From an uncultured Chloroflexia bacterium (lineage in GTDB: Bacteria > Chloroflexota > Limnocylindria > QHBO01), in contig CAVZCE010000001.1 of NCBI GenBank assembly GCA_963773695.1, positions 205,702 to 269,701 on the forward strand: a stretch of 64,000 nucleotides of DNA, read 5' to 3'. This document shows positions 17,619 to 27,300 of the stretch, one piece after another. The position numbers were made by a program, and so were the translations under genes. Positions within the stretch are counted from its first letter, which is position 1; the number at the start of each line of letters is the position of its first letter. Below the pieces are notes generated by a model. That model was not told the origin of the DNA. It did not search any database and worked only from the letters and a program-made list of their open reading frames with translations.

Positions 17619-18668
17619 ATGGCGCGATCGATGTGGCGGGGGGCGATCCAGTTCGGGCTGGTCACCATCCCGGTCAAGCTCTACCTGGCGACCGAGAGCA
17701 CGAGCATCGGCTTCAACCTGCTCCACGAGACCTGCCTGAACCGGATCCAGATGAAGATCTACTGCCCGTACCACGACGAGGTGATCCCGCGGTCGGAGAC
17801 GGTCCGGGGCTACGAGTGGAGCAAGGGCAAGTACGTCGTCATCACGGAGGAGGACCTCGAGTCGGTTCCGCTCAAGACGGTCCGCACCATCGAGATCGAG
17901 AAGTTCGTGGAGGCCAACGAGGCGGAGGAGTCCGCCGCCCGCTTCGTGAAGCAGGAGTACTACCTGGAGCCCGACGAGATCGGGCGCAAGGCGTTCTACC
18001 TGCTCAAGAGCGTCCTGGCCGATGCCGGCAAGACCGCGATCTGCAAGATCGTCCTCAAGGACCGCGAGCAGCTCGCCGCCCTCTCCCCGTACGCGGAGAC
18101 GATGCTCCTCACCACGCTCCACTGGCCCGACGAGATCCGTTCGCTGGAGGAGCTGGAGCTTCCCGAGGACTCGATCCAGATCAAGGACGGCGAACGGAAG
18201 ATGGCCGAGCAGCTCGTGGCGAGCCTGACCGGCGATTTCGACCCTGCCGAATACACCGACGAGTACCGCGAGGCGCTGATGGGCGTCATCGAGGCGAAGG
18301 TCGCGGGCGAGGCGCCGCAGCCGTCCGCCAGGGCGGAGCCCACCCGCATCGGCGACCTGATGGCCGCCCTCGAGGCGTCGGTCGCCGCGGCCCGGGAGGG
18401 CCGTCGCGCACCGGCCGAGGCGGAGTCGCAGGCGAAGGCGGCCGGCGAGGCGAGCCGCGGCGAGAAGCCGTCGGACGGGCGCGCATCACCGAAGGCGTCC
18501 GCGAAGGGCGTGGGCCGGACCGCATCGGGCAAGGCCGCCGCGGGCAAGGCCGCCGCAGGCAAGGCCGCCGCGGCGAAGGCCGCCGCCGGCAACGGCTCGA
18601 GCTCCCGACGGAAGGGATCCCACGAGACGGAGGAGGAGCGGCCCGCCCGCCGGCGGAAGACCGCCTGA
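17619..18668 (+). CDS. ku: Ku protein (NHEJ DNA-end-binding) with a Lys/Ala-rich basic C-terminal tail
   Basis: MARSMWRGAIQFGLVTIPVKLYLATE... is the canonical bacterial Ku N-terminus. The C-terminus (KAAAGKAAAGKAAAAKAAAGNG) is encoded by about 4 tandem 15-bp repeats. Confidence 0.9.
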   Translation: MARSMWRGAIQFGLVTIPVKLYLATESTSIGFNLLHETCLNRIQMKIYCPYHDEVIPRSETVRGYEWSKGKYVVITEEDLESVPLKTVRTIEIEKFVEANEAEESAARFVKQEYYLEPDEIGRKAFYLLKSVLADAGKTAICKIVLKDREQLAALSPYAETMLLTTLHWPDEIRSLEELELPEDSIQIKDGERKMAEQLVASLTGDFDPAEYTDEYREALMGVIEAKVAGEAPQPSARAEPTRIGDLMAALEASVAAAREGRRAPAEAESQAKAAGEASRGEKPSDGRASPKASAKGVGRTASGKAAAGKAAAGKAAAAKAAAGNGSSSRRKGSHETEEERPARRRKTA

Positions 18669-18693
18669 GCGGTGGGCGGGTAGCCTGTCGCCC

Positions 18694-19395
18694 GTGACCG
18701 GCGACCAGCTCAGCCTCCCCCTCGAGACGCCACCGGGCGTCTCACGCCTGCCGCAGCGGATCGCGCCCATGCAGGCCACCACCGTGGACGCGCCCTTCGA
18801 CGACCCCGAGTTCTTCTTCGAACCGTGGTGGCCCGGCGCACGTGCGCTCGCGTTCGCGGAGCGCGGACGGCTCCGGCTGCAGGTCGCCGGCCTCTCCGAC
18901 GCGCTCGCAGCCTTCCCCGAGCTCGCGGAGCTCCCCGACCAGCTGACGGATGACGGGGTGGTCCTCGACGGGACGCTGCTGGTCCTGGACGCGTCCGGCA
19001 GACCGGACGGTGGCCTCCTCCGCCGGCGCCTGGGCCGGGGAGGCGGCGAAGGCCGCGGCGCCGGGCGTCCCGCGTACGTGGCCTCGGACCTGCTCTGGAG
19101 CGGCGGGGCGTCGTGGATGCGGCGTTCCTTCGCGGCGCGCCGTGAACGCCTGACGGCGGTCCTGGCTCCCGGGGACCGGGTGATCGTGGGGCACGGCTAC
19201 TCCCGCGAGGGAACGCTGGTCGCGGAGGCGCTCGCCATGCTGGGGATCGAAGGCCTGTCGGCTCGGTGCCTCACCGCCCGGTACCGCGGCGGTCCCGCGG
19301 GCGACGCCTGGCTGCGCGCATCGATCGTCCCGCCGGAACCGCGGCCGCGTCCCACGCTCGCGCTCCTCCTCCGGCTCCCGCTGGACCAGGGCTGA
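18694..19395 (+). CDS. LigD-like ATP-dependent ligase (adenylation) domain protein with all catalytic lysines replaced: predicted inactive pseudo-ligase
   Basis: It aligns colinearly with the LigD ligase domain: PMQATTVDAPFDDPEFFFEPWWPGARALAF (motif I KxDGxR becomes WWPGAR), VVLDGTLLVLDASG, SDLLW (motif III), EGLSAR (motif IV K to R) and WLRAS (motif V KxK lost). It sits 25 nt after the Ku stop. Confidence 0.55.
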   Translation: MTGDQLSLPLETPPGVSRLPQRIAPMQATTVDAPFDDPEFFFEPWWPGARALAFAERGRLRLQVAGLSDALAAFPELAELPDQLTDDGVVLDGTLLVLDASGRPDGGLLRRRLGRGGGEGRGAGRPAYVASDLLWSGGASWMRRSFAARRERLTAVLAPGDRVIVGHGYSREGTLVAEALAMLGIEGLSARCLTARYRGGPAGDAWLRASIVPPEPRPRPTLALLLRLPLDQG

Positions 19396-19408
19396 CGCAC
19401 CCCTCGCG

Positions 19409-21649
19409 TCAGCCGTTCGCCGGAAGGAGCGCGTCCCATTCGGCCAGCCAGCCCTGCGGCGGGGTGAGCCGCTGCGCGCTCGCCACGAAGCCGTCGCCCG
19501 GATAGGGCCGGAAGGTCGCGATGTCCCAGATCAGGCGAGGCTGGCCGCCGGGCGTCGTGGGGATGGGTCGCCCGCGGAGCAGGACCCCCATGACGGCAGC
19601 GTGCGTGGTGTCCTCGCCCCAGTGCTGCTGCAGGAGCACGGCGACGTCCCACGTCAGCACCTCGGCCGGGCCCTGTTGCTCGGCGACGGCCAGCGCGTCG
19701 CTCGCGGCACGACGATCGCCGACCATCGCGTAGGCGAGGGCGCGCACCGCCGGAGCGGTGTAGCGCTCGGGCGTGATCGGATAGTCCTGTGTCCGGCGCG
19801 CGGCGAGGAGGGCGAGCTCGCCGGTGGCCAGGTTGCCCTCCGCGGGGAGCGTGGTCCCCGGGTCCACCCGCCGCGGCCAGTGGATGGCGAAGCTCGTGTC
19901 GTACGTGGTGAGGAGCGATCGGCGGAAGGCGTCATCGGCGAGGGCGTGGTCGCCGAGCTTCTCGTAGACGATGGCGGCGTTGATCAGCTCGCGCCCTCCC
20001 ACCGCGGCGTAGGCGACCGCCGGACCGGCGGCGTCCAGGGCGCAGGCGCGGTCGCCGGCGGCCTCGCAGAGGATCGCCAGGTTCGCCCAGGACTGGGCAT
20101 CGCCGGCGTTCAGCTGGGTGGCGCGGCGCGCGGCGTCGAGGGCCAGCGCGCGGTTCCCCGCGTAGTCGGCGGCCACCGCCAGCGCCTTTGGCCCGGTCGG
20201 CTGCCAGGGGTCGAGCACCACCGCCCGCTGGTAGCCGGCCTCTGCGGCCTGCCAGCGCAGCGCCCACGCGTCGTCAGAGGCGGCACGGTAGGTCACCGCC
20301 GCGGTGTCGACCAGGAAGACGGGAACGAGGAGGGCGATGGCGCCGATGCCGGCGAGGACGGCGCCACTCACCGCGGCCGGGCGGCCGAGCCGTGATCCGG
20401 CGCCGCGGCGGAGCGGCAGCCAGCGGACGGCATCGGCGTCGAGGAGAGCGACGGCGGCGAGCAGCAGCACGAGCAGGTCGAACCCGGGCAGGAAGGTGAG
20501 GTCCTCGAAGAGCCCGGCCGCCCCGATCCCGATGAGGACCGATGACGCGAGACGGCCGCCCAGCGTGCGCGAGCGGTGCGGACCAGCCAGCCAGACGAAG
20601 ACTGCGACGACGGCCAGGGCCGCGACCAGGCCCACGATGCCGGCGTCGCCGAGCACCCCGAGCGCCAGGTCGTGGGAGTGCGGCTGGTGCACCGGGAAGC
20701 TGCCGGCGGGCGCGGCCGCCTCTCGCGCAAAGGGCATGACGCCCGGCCCGACGCCGAGGATGGGGTTCGCCGACCACGCGCGAAGCGTGTCGCGCCACAG
20801 GTTCTCCCGGTAGAGGAGCGAGCTCACCGCGACAGCCCGGTGACCGGCGTAGATGCCGCCGCCCACGAGGACGACAACGCCCGCGATCCAGGCGGCGACG
20901 CCACCCGGCGTGGTCGGCAGTCGGGGACGCAGCCGCAGCCGTCTCCTGGCGCGGAGCAGGACCGGCACGAGCATGGCCAGTGCCGTGACCCCCATGGCGA
21001 TCCAGGCGGAGCGCGAGCCGGACAGGAGCGCGAGGGGGATCCCGGCCAGGATGAGCCCGGCCTGCAGGACGAGGCGCAGGACCCGGTGGGGGACGAGGAA
21101 GGTCAGCCCGAAGCAGGCGAGGAGGATGAAGGGGGCGACGGCGACCGATCCGAAGGCCGTCGTCTCGCCCGGCAGCCGGATCGGCGGCAGGCCCGGTGCG
21201 CCGGAGGTGACCCAGCGCAGCCTGCGGATCAGCATGTCGACCAGGGTGAGGAGGGCCACCCCGGTCACCGGGACGATCACCGCCAGCGCCGTGATCGCCG
21301 GCCGGCGCCGGGTAACCACCAGGGCGACCGGCAGCAGGAGCGCCCAGGCGATGCTCACCGCGAAGGCCCGCGCGGAGAGGCCGGGATTCTCGCTCGTGAT
21401 GGTCGCCACGCCCAGCGTCACGAGCAGGACGAGGAGGGGCAGCTCCAGCGCGGAGCGCGGAACCGGGAGGCCGCGCAGTGCCATGATCGCCAGGCCGGCG
21501 ACGGCCGCCCCGGCGAGGAGGTGGAGCAGCGCCTGGGAGGTCGGATCCCAGAGGGGCTCGTCCCAGGCGAGGTAGCCGAACACGGCGAGCCCGGCGGCCA
21601 GGGCGCCGAGCTCAACGAGCGAGAAGCGCGCCGGGCCCAGGCGGATCAC
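19409..21649 (-). CDS. O-antigen ligase/polymerase-like (Wzy_C) polytopic membrane protein with a C-terminal TPR-repeat domain
   Basis: There are more than 10 TM helices with the O-antigen-ligase motif LSGSRSAWIAMGVTALAML. The C-terminal TPR-like repeats include AWALRWQAAEAGYQRAVVLDP and AQSWANLAILCEAAGD. The GTG start overlaps the CYTH stop as GTGA. Confidence 0.65.
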   Translation of the reverse strand: MIRLGPARFSLVELGALAAGLAVFGYLAWDEPLWDPTSQALLHLLAGAAVAGLAIMALRGLPVPRSALELPLLVLLVTLGVATITSENPGLSARAFAVSIAWALLLPVALVVTRRRPAITALAVIVPVTGVALLTLVDMLIRRLRWVTSGAPGLPPIRLPGETTAFGSVAVAPFILLACFGLTFLVPHRVLRLVLQAGLILAGIPLALLSGSRSAWIAMGVTALAMLVPVLLRARRRLRLRPRLPTTPGGVAAWIAGVVVLVGGGIYAGHRAVAVSSLLYRENLWRDTLRAWSANPILGVGPGVMPFAREAAAPAGSFPVHQPHSHDLALGVLGDAGIVGLVAALAVVAVFVWLAGPHRSRTLGGRLASSVLIGIGAAGLFEDLTFLPGFDLLVLLLAAVALLDADAVRWLPLRRGAGSRLGRPAAVSGAVLAGIGAIALLVPVFLVDTAAVTYRAASDDAWALRWQAAEAGYQRAVVLDPWQPTGPKALAVAADYAGNRALALDAARRATQLNAGDAQSWANLAILCEAAGDRACALDAAGPAVAYAAVGGRELINAAIVYEKLGDHALADDAFRRSLLTTYDTSFAIHWPRRVDPGTTLPAEGNLATGELALLAARRTQDYPITPERYTAPAVRALAYAMVGDRRAASDALAVAEQQGPAEVLTWDVAVLLQQHWGEDTTHAAVMGVLLRGRPIPTTPGGQPRLIWDIATFRPYPGDGFVASAQRLTPPQGWLAEWDALLPANG

Positions 21650-22341
21650 GGATCGTCGGACGCTGCGGCGTCCCGCCTTCGGACGACCGCGCCGGATCCG
21701 CCGATCAGCTCCAGCGCGCGCTCGAGCTTGCTGCGTGGATCCGGCCGCAGGCCCTCGACCGCCGAGAGAGAGCGCGCGAGGGCTTCGACGAGCTTCCTGT
21801 CGCCGGCAGCGTCTTCGGCGAGCTCCAGCTCCACGATGCAGAAGGCGCCCGCGTGGGCCCCGCCGTGGCGGACCTCGACGCGGTCCAGGCTCAGGGTGCC
21901 GACCGACCTGCCGCCCGCCGAGACGGCGCGCTCGGTGCGCTCCTGGAGGAGGCGGAAGCGCTCGACGAGCGGTGCCCCGTGGGCGAGGGTGGCGACCAGG
22001 TCGCGGGCCGCGGAGGGTGGCCACGACGTCGGATCCGGGCGGTCCGATGCCGGGCCCTCGCGTTCGGGACGCCGGTGCAGGGCCGAGCCGGGCGTCTCGC
22101 TGCCGCCGGGGCCCTTGAGCGAGACGACGATCCTGCCCTCCCGGCGGCGCAGCCGGCAGGCCCAGCGGGCCCGCGCCAGCCGTCCGTCGGGGGTGTCGAG
22201 GTAGCGGTCCGTCTCCGAGACGGTCCTCGCCGGCCCCAGCACCGCGCGTCCCAGGGTCGGCGCGCGGGACAGGGCGTCCAGCGGACCGGCATCGGCGGCG
22301 ATCAGCTTCAGCTCGACCTCGTCGTGATCAGGCGCTGCCAT
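21646..22341 (-). CDS. CYTH-domain protein (triphosphate tunnel metalloenzyme family)
   Basis: The N-terminal EVELKLI (ExExK) motif is followed by DRYLDT, LRRREGRIVVSLKG and CIVELELAEDA. The ATG at 22341 overlaps the WYL-regulator stop by 14 nt. Confidence 0.7.
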   Translation of the reverse strand: MAAPDHDEVELKLIAADAGPLDALSRAPTLGRAVLGPARTVSETDRYLDTPDGRLARARWACRLRRREGRIVVSLKGPGGSETPGSALHRRPEREGPASDRPDPTSWPPSAARDLVATLAHGAPLVERFRLLQERTERAVSAGGRSVGTLSLDRVEVRHGGAHAGAFCIVELELAEDAAGDRKLVEALARSLSAVEGLRPDPRSKLERALELIGGSGAVVRRRDAAASDDP

Positions 22342-23431
22342 CCACCTCACCGTACCGCGCGGCGGCGGCGCGCAGCGATGCCGCGACCGACGCCCGCAGC
22401 TCGGCAGGCGCCAGCACCTCCACCCCGTCGCCCCAGGAGAGGATCCACGGCCGAATCTCCACGATGCCGGCCACCGTCACGCTCAGCTCGACGCCGCCAT
22501 CGGGCAGCTCCGTGAGCCGCTGGGACCGGTGCCAGACCGCCTCCCGCACGCGATGTGCCACGGCCGGGTCGAACCGCAGCCGGACCTCCGCGGTGGGAGT
22601 CGTGTCGGAGGACCAGATGCCCCAGGAGTTCGCCAGCCAGCGATCGGGATCGAAGCCGGCGGGGATCTCGTAGCGCTCCGCCAGGAGGGTCGCGGAGCGG
22701 ATCCGCTCGATCTTGAAGGTGCGCATGGCATCGGCACCCTCGTCGAAGCAGATGAGGTAGACGCTGCGCAGCGCGGCATCGGGCTCCAGGAAGTAGGGGC
22801 GCACGCGGGTGACGCGGCGGGTCCCCTCGCCGGGCTCGTAGTCGATCTCCACGACGCGGCCCTCGGCCCACGCCCGGGCCACGGTCGAGAAGGTGCGCGT
22901 GAACGGCTCGTTGGGGGAGTGGGCGCCCACGGCCAGCATGGTGGCCGCCACGTGGCGCGCGATCGGCTGGGGGAGCAGGTCCGCGAGCTTGGTGAAGGCG
23001 CTGACCACCGCCTGGTCGTACTCGTCGCTCCAGCGGGCGATGAGGCGCGCGGCCAGGAAGAGGACGATCGCCTCCGGCACGGAGAGCCGCAGCGGCGGGA
23101 GGAAGTACTTGCGCTCGATCCCGTACCGTCCACGGCCCGCCTGGAAGATGGGGACACCGAGCTCGGTGTCGAGGGCGTTGATGTCGCGATAGACGGTGCG
23201 GGTCGTCATCCCCGTCAGGCGCGCGATCTCGGATACCGGGACGCCGTGCTCGCCGCTCCCGGCGGTGTAGAGGATCGAGGCGACGCGGAGGAGCCGCGCC
23301 AGGCGGTCGCGCTTGCGGCCGATGCGGTCATCGGCGTCGACCGGATCGTCCCGGTCGCCAATCCAGGGATCCGGCGCGCGCCCGTCGACCACCCGCTCGT
23401 CAGGGCTCGCGGGACGCTCGGGAGTGGCCAT
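22328..23431 (-). CDS. WYL-domain transcriptional regulator (HTH + WYL + WCX; PafBC/BrxR-like)
   Basis: The HTH is LARLLRVASILYTAGSGEHGVPVSEIARLTGMTTRTVYRDINAL. The WYL region is VTRVRPYFLEPDAALRSVYLICFDEGADAMRTFKIERI. The N-terminal 40 aa are low-complexity, so the start is uncertain. Confidence 0.75.
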   Translation of the reverse strand: MATPERPASPDERVVDGRAPDPWIGDRDDPVDADDRIGRKRDRLARLLRVASILYTAGSGEHGVPVSEIARLTGMTTRTVYRDINALDTELGVPIFQAGRGRYGIERKYFLPPLRLSVPEAIVLFLAARLIARWSDEYDQAVVSAFTKLADLLPQPIARHVAATMLAVGAHSPNEPFTRTFSTVARAWAEGRVVEIDYEPGEGTRRVTRVRPYFLEPDAALRSVYLICFDEGADAMRTFKIERIRSATLLAERYEIPAGFDPDRWLANSWGIWSSDTTPTAEVRLRFDPAVAHRVREAVWHRSQRLTELPDGGVELSVTVAGIVEIRPWILSWGDGVEVLAPAELRASVAASLRAAAARYGEVDGSA

Positions 23432-23516
23432 GCGCGCGATGGTACGCGCTCCCCGGGGGATGCGCGGGCCGGCCTCCGGTCGCCGCCGGAGCCCGGCTCG
23501 CCCCGCCCGTCCCGCT

Positions 23517-24281
23517 TCAGCTGGCCGGGGTGGCCGTCGCGCTCGAGGCCGGAGAGCTGCTCGTCGCCGCGCTGCCGCCCGGGGCGGCGGAGGCGCTGGG
23601 ACTCGGCGTGGGTGCGGGCTGTCCGGGGAGCGCGGCGATCATCGCCCGGTTCGTGGCGTCGCTCGACCCGGTCAGCAGGAAGACGTACTCGCCGGAGGAC
23701 CAGCAGTAGAACGTGGTGCCCGGGAGGGTTGCCTCGTCCTCGCCGCGCATCCAGACCTGCTTGCCATCCACGCTCGTGGCCTTCCAGAGCGCCGGATCGA
23801 GATTGCTGGCGCCGATGTAACGCCCGGCCTTCACGAGGTACGGCCGCAGGTCCGCGGTATCGACCGGGGGCGGCGCAACCCGGACGGCGTACAGGGAGAG
23901 CCGGGGCTTGACGATGTAGGCGATCACCAGCGACTCGAAGCGCAGCCCGACATCGCCGAAGGCTGCCGTTCCCATGTCGCCGGGCGAGACGCCGTAGCCG
24001 GTCGGGTCGGGCTTGACGACCGTGGCGCCGTCGACCGTGTCGGGAATCAGGGCTTCCAGGGTCGCGTCCGGGTGGCTGCTGTAGTCCGGCGTCGGCTGGG
24101 GGGTCGGCGTCGGTGTCGGCGTGGGCGCCGGCGTCATGCCGCTCGGCGTGGCGGCGGGGAGGCTGCCGCTCGGCTGCGTGGTCGAGGAACAGGCGACGAG
24201 CACCACGGGCAGCAGCGCCGCACCGATCAGGCGAAGGAGCCGGCGCGCGCGCGGCGCACCGAGGTAGGGGCAGTTCGGCAT
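23517..24281 (-). CDS. Lipoprotein (signal peptide with LVAC lipobox; Pro/Thr-rich linkers), function unknown
   Basis: RRLLRLIGAALLPVVLVACSS is followed by PTPTPTPTPQPTP and a C-terminal PS/T-rich tail. Confidence 0.6.
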   Translation of the reverse strand: MPNCPYLGAPRARRLLRLIGAALLPVVLVACSSTTQPSGSLPAATPSGMTPAPTPTPTPTPQPTPDYSSHPDATLEALIPDTVDGATVVKPDPTGYGVSPGDMGTAAFGDVGLRFESLVIAYIVKPRLSLYAVRVAPPPVDTADLRPYLVKAGRYIGASNLDPALWKATSVDGKQVWMRGEDEATLPGTTFYCWSSGEYVFLLTGSSDATNRAMIAALPGQPAPTPSPSASAAPGGSAATSSSPASSATATPAS

Positions 24282-24338
24282 GGGAGCCGCGATTCTACCA
24301 GTCCGCGCGATCGGCGCTCGGATCGCGTCGCCCCGGGC

Positions 24339-27300
24339 TCAGGCGGCGCCCTGCTCCGATGCGCTGTCGGCGCGGCGTCGCCCGCGGGTGATGGGGCGCA
24401 CGCGCGGTGCAACCACGGTGCGCAGCGCGTCGAGCACCTCGTGCCGCACGGTGGGTGTGCGTGCCGGCAGCTCCGCGAGCGCACGGCGCACCGCGGAACC
24501 GCCGCCCGCCTGCCCGCCGGCGGCCGCGTCGTAGTGGTTCGCCGCGGCGACGATCTCCGCGCCCAGGGAGATGGGCCCGCGGCCGCGGCGGCGGGCGCCG
24601 GCGACCAGCCGGCGCTCGGCATCGAGGATCTCGCGCACGCCGTGCAGGGAGCGCACGCCGTCGAGCTGCTCGGTACGGATCTCGTCGAGGCCGTGGAGCC
24701 TGGCCGCGAGCTCGATGGTGTCGGCTTCGTGCTCCGGACAGCCAAGACGCACCGAGACGGCGCGGGCCAGCTTCGCGACCCGGTCGGCGTGGCGACGCGT
24801 GGCCGCGTCCTGCGCGCCGAGGCTGCGCGCCATGGCGAGGACCGCGTCTCGCAGGGCCGCCGACGCCTCGTCGTCGATGCCGGATCCGAGCCGGGCGGCC
24901 TGCTCGACGAGCTGTTCCATGTGGCCGGCCTCCTCGGGGTGGAGGAGGGCGGCGCGGGCGAGCTGGTCGAGGGTCCCGCGCAGGGCGCGCATCTCGCGCG
25001 GCACGTCGCCGATGCGGACGACCCGGTTCTCCCCGGCCTGCTTCCCGTAGTAGAGCGCAGTGTCGGCGGCCGAGATGAGGCTGTTCTTGTTGCGCGCATC
25101 GCCCGGGTAGGCGGCCACGCCCACGGTGATCGTCACCGGGTTCGCCTCCCCGGCGGTCAGCTGGGCGACGGCGCGGCGGATCCGGTCACCGACCAGGGCG
25201 CTGTCGGCCGCGTCCACGCCGTGCAGGACCACGACGAACTCGTCTCCGCCGTAGCGGAACGCCCGGTCGTCGGTCCGCGATGCATGCGTGATCGCCTTGC
25301 CGATGGCGTTGAGGAGCGCGTCGCCGGCGGGATGGCCGAGGCAGTCGTTGTACTCCTTGAAGCGGTCGAGGTCCATCATCAGGAGGCCGAACGGGGGTTC
25401 CCCGGCCTCGTCGTCCACATGTTCGAAGAGGTCGTCGAGGTAGCGCTGGAAGGCGCCGTGGTTGCCGAGCCCGGTGAGGGCGTCCGTCTCGGCCCGCTGG
25501 CTGACCGCGTAGTGGGCATCCGCGTTGCGCAGCGCGATTGACGCCTGCCCGGCGAAGAGCTTGACCAGCTCGAAGTCGGTCTCGGAGAAGTGCGCCTCAG
25601 CCCCGCCGATCCGCGAGATGTTCAGCGATCCGATGACGAAGCCATCGCTGACGAGCGGCACCACGCACAGCGACTCGGGGTCGGCCGGCGTCCCCGGGAT
25701 CTGCATGGCGCGCGGGTCGTCGAGCGCGTCATTGGCGAGGACCGGTTCGCCGTGGTCGACGGCCCAGCCCATGAGCCCGCGACCGAAGGGGATCTGGTAG
25801 CGCGATACGACGGCCTCGTGGCGGTCGCGGCTGAGCACCGGCTTCAGGATCCGCTCCGCGTGGTCGGCGCGATAGACCGAGAGGTTGTCGTAGCGCACGA
25901 CGCTGAGCAGGCCGTCGGCGATGAGCTCCAGGACGTGGGGCTGGTCGAAGGTCGACAGGAGCCGCTCGTTGATCTCCAGCAGACGGCGCTGGGACTGGAG
26001 CTGCCGCGCCAGCTCGGCCGACTGGCGCTCGAGCTGCTCGTACGACCGCGCGTTCGCGATCGCCTGCGCGGCATAGCCCGCGAAGATCTTCATCGTCTGC
26101 AGGTCGTCGTTCGTGAACTGCCCGATGCCGAGCTTGCTGAGCGCAACGACGCCCAGCGCCCGGCCCTCGTACAGCATCGGCACCACGAGCATCGACTCGT
26201 CGATGTCATCGGTCCCGGCGATGGTGAGGCCGCGCTGGTCCGCCAGCGCGTCGTTGATGAGGAGCGGCTCGCCGGTCTCGGCCACGGTGCCGGTGAACGA
26301 TCCGGGGCCGATGGTCACGCGAAGCTGCTCGACGAAATCGCCGCCCTCGCCGAGGAGGCGCCGGGTGAAGGCGATCGGCTCGCAGACCCGTCGCTCCCAG
26401 TCGACCTCGTAGACGCGGATGTCGTGGTACTCCGCCAGCGTGCTCGCCTCCGCCACGATCGCCTCGGCGATCGCACGGACATCGGTCAGGCGGTTCAACC
26501 GCGCGGAGAGGTCCTGGATCGACCGCATGCGGGCCGCCTGGTCCAATGTCGCCCGGTAGAGCCGGGCGTTGCTGATCGCCACGGCCGCCTGGTTTGCGAG
26601 GGCCTGGGCGAGGTTCAGCTCGTCGGACGGCCAGTCGTGGCGCTTCAGGTGATAGAGGCCAAGGACGCCCATCGTGCGATCGTTGCTCACGAGCGGCACC
26701 AGGCAGGCGCTGTCGATACCCTCCGCCTCGTAGACCTCGTGCAGCACGCCCACCGTCGGGTCCGCGCCGGCACCCTGCACCACGTGCGTCCGCCGCTCCA
26801 GGACCGCCCGAACGCCAACGGAGGGCGAGTCCAGGGTCAGGGACCGGATGCGGGCCTGGAACGAATCGCCGATGCCGCGTGAGGCGCCGAGCTGGAACGT
26901 CGGGCTGCCCTCGGTGAGCAGCCAGAGGCCGACCTTGTCCGCGTCGAACAGGGCGCGCGCGCGATCGGCGATCTCGTCGAGGACCGCCGGAAGGTCGAGC
27001 TGACCGATGAGGTCCTGGATGACGACGCGGAGCGCGCGGGCCCGGGTGAGCTCACGGCGGGCGCGTGCCAGCATCCGGGCGTTGTGGATCGTGGCGCCGA
27101 GGGCTCCCGCCACGGTGCGCAGGAATGAGAGGTCCTGCTCGCCCAGCTCGCCGCTCGCCGCTCGGGTGATGACCAGGACACCCAGCAGCTCGGATCCGGC
27201 GCGCAGGGGCAGGCGGAGCTCAGGGCCGCCCTCCCCGTTGCGGAGGCTCGGTTCGCGGCTGCGATCCAGCGCATGGACCTCTGCGGGGTCGATGGTCGTC

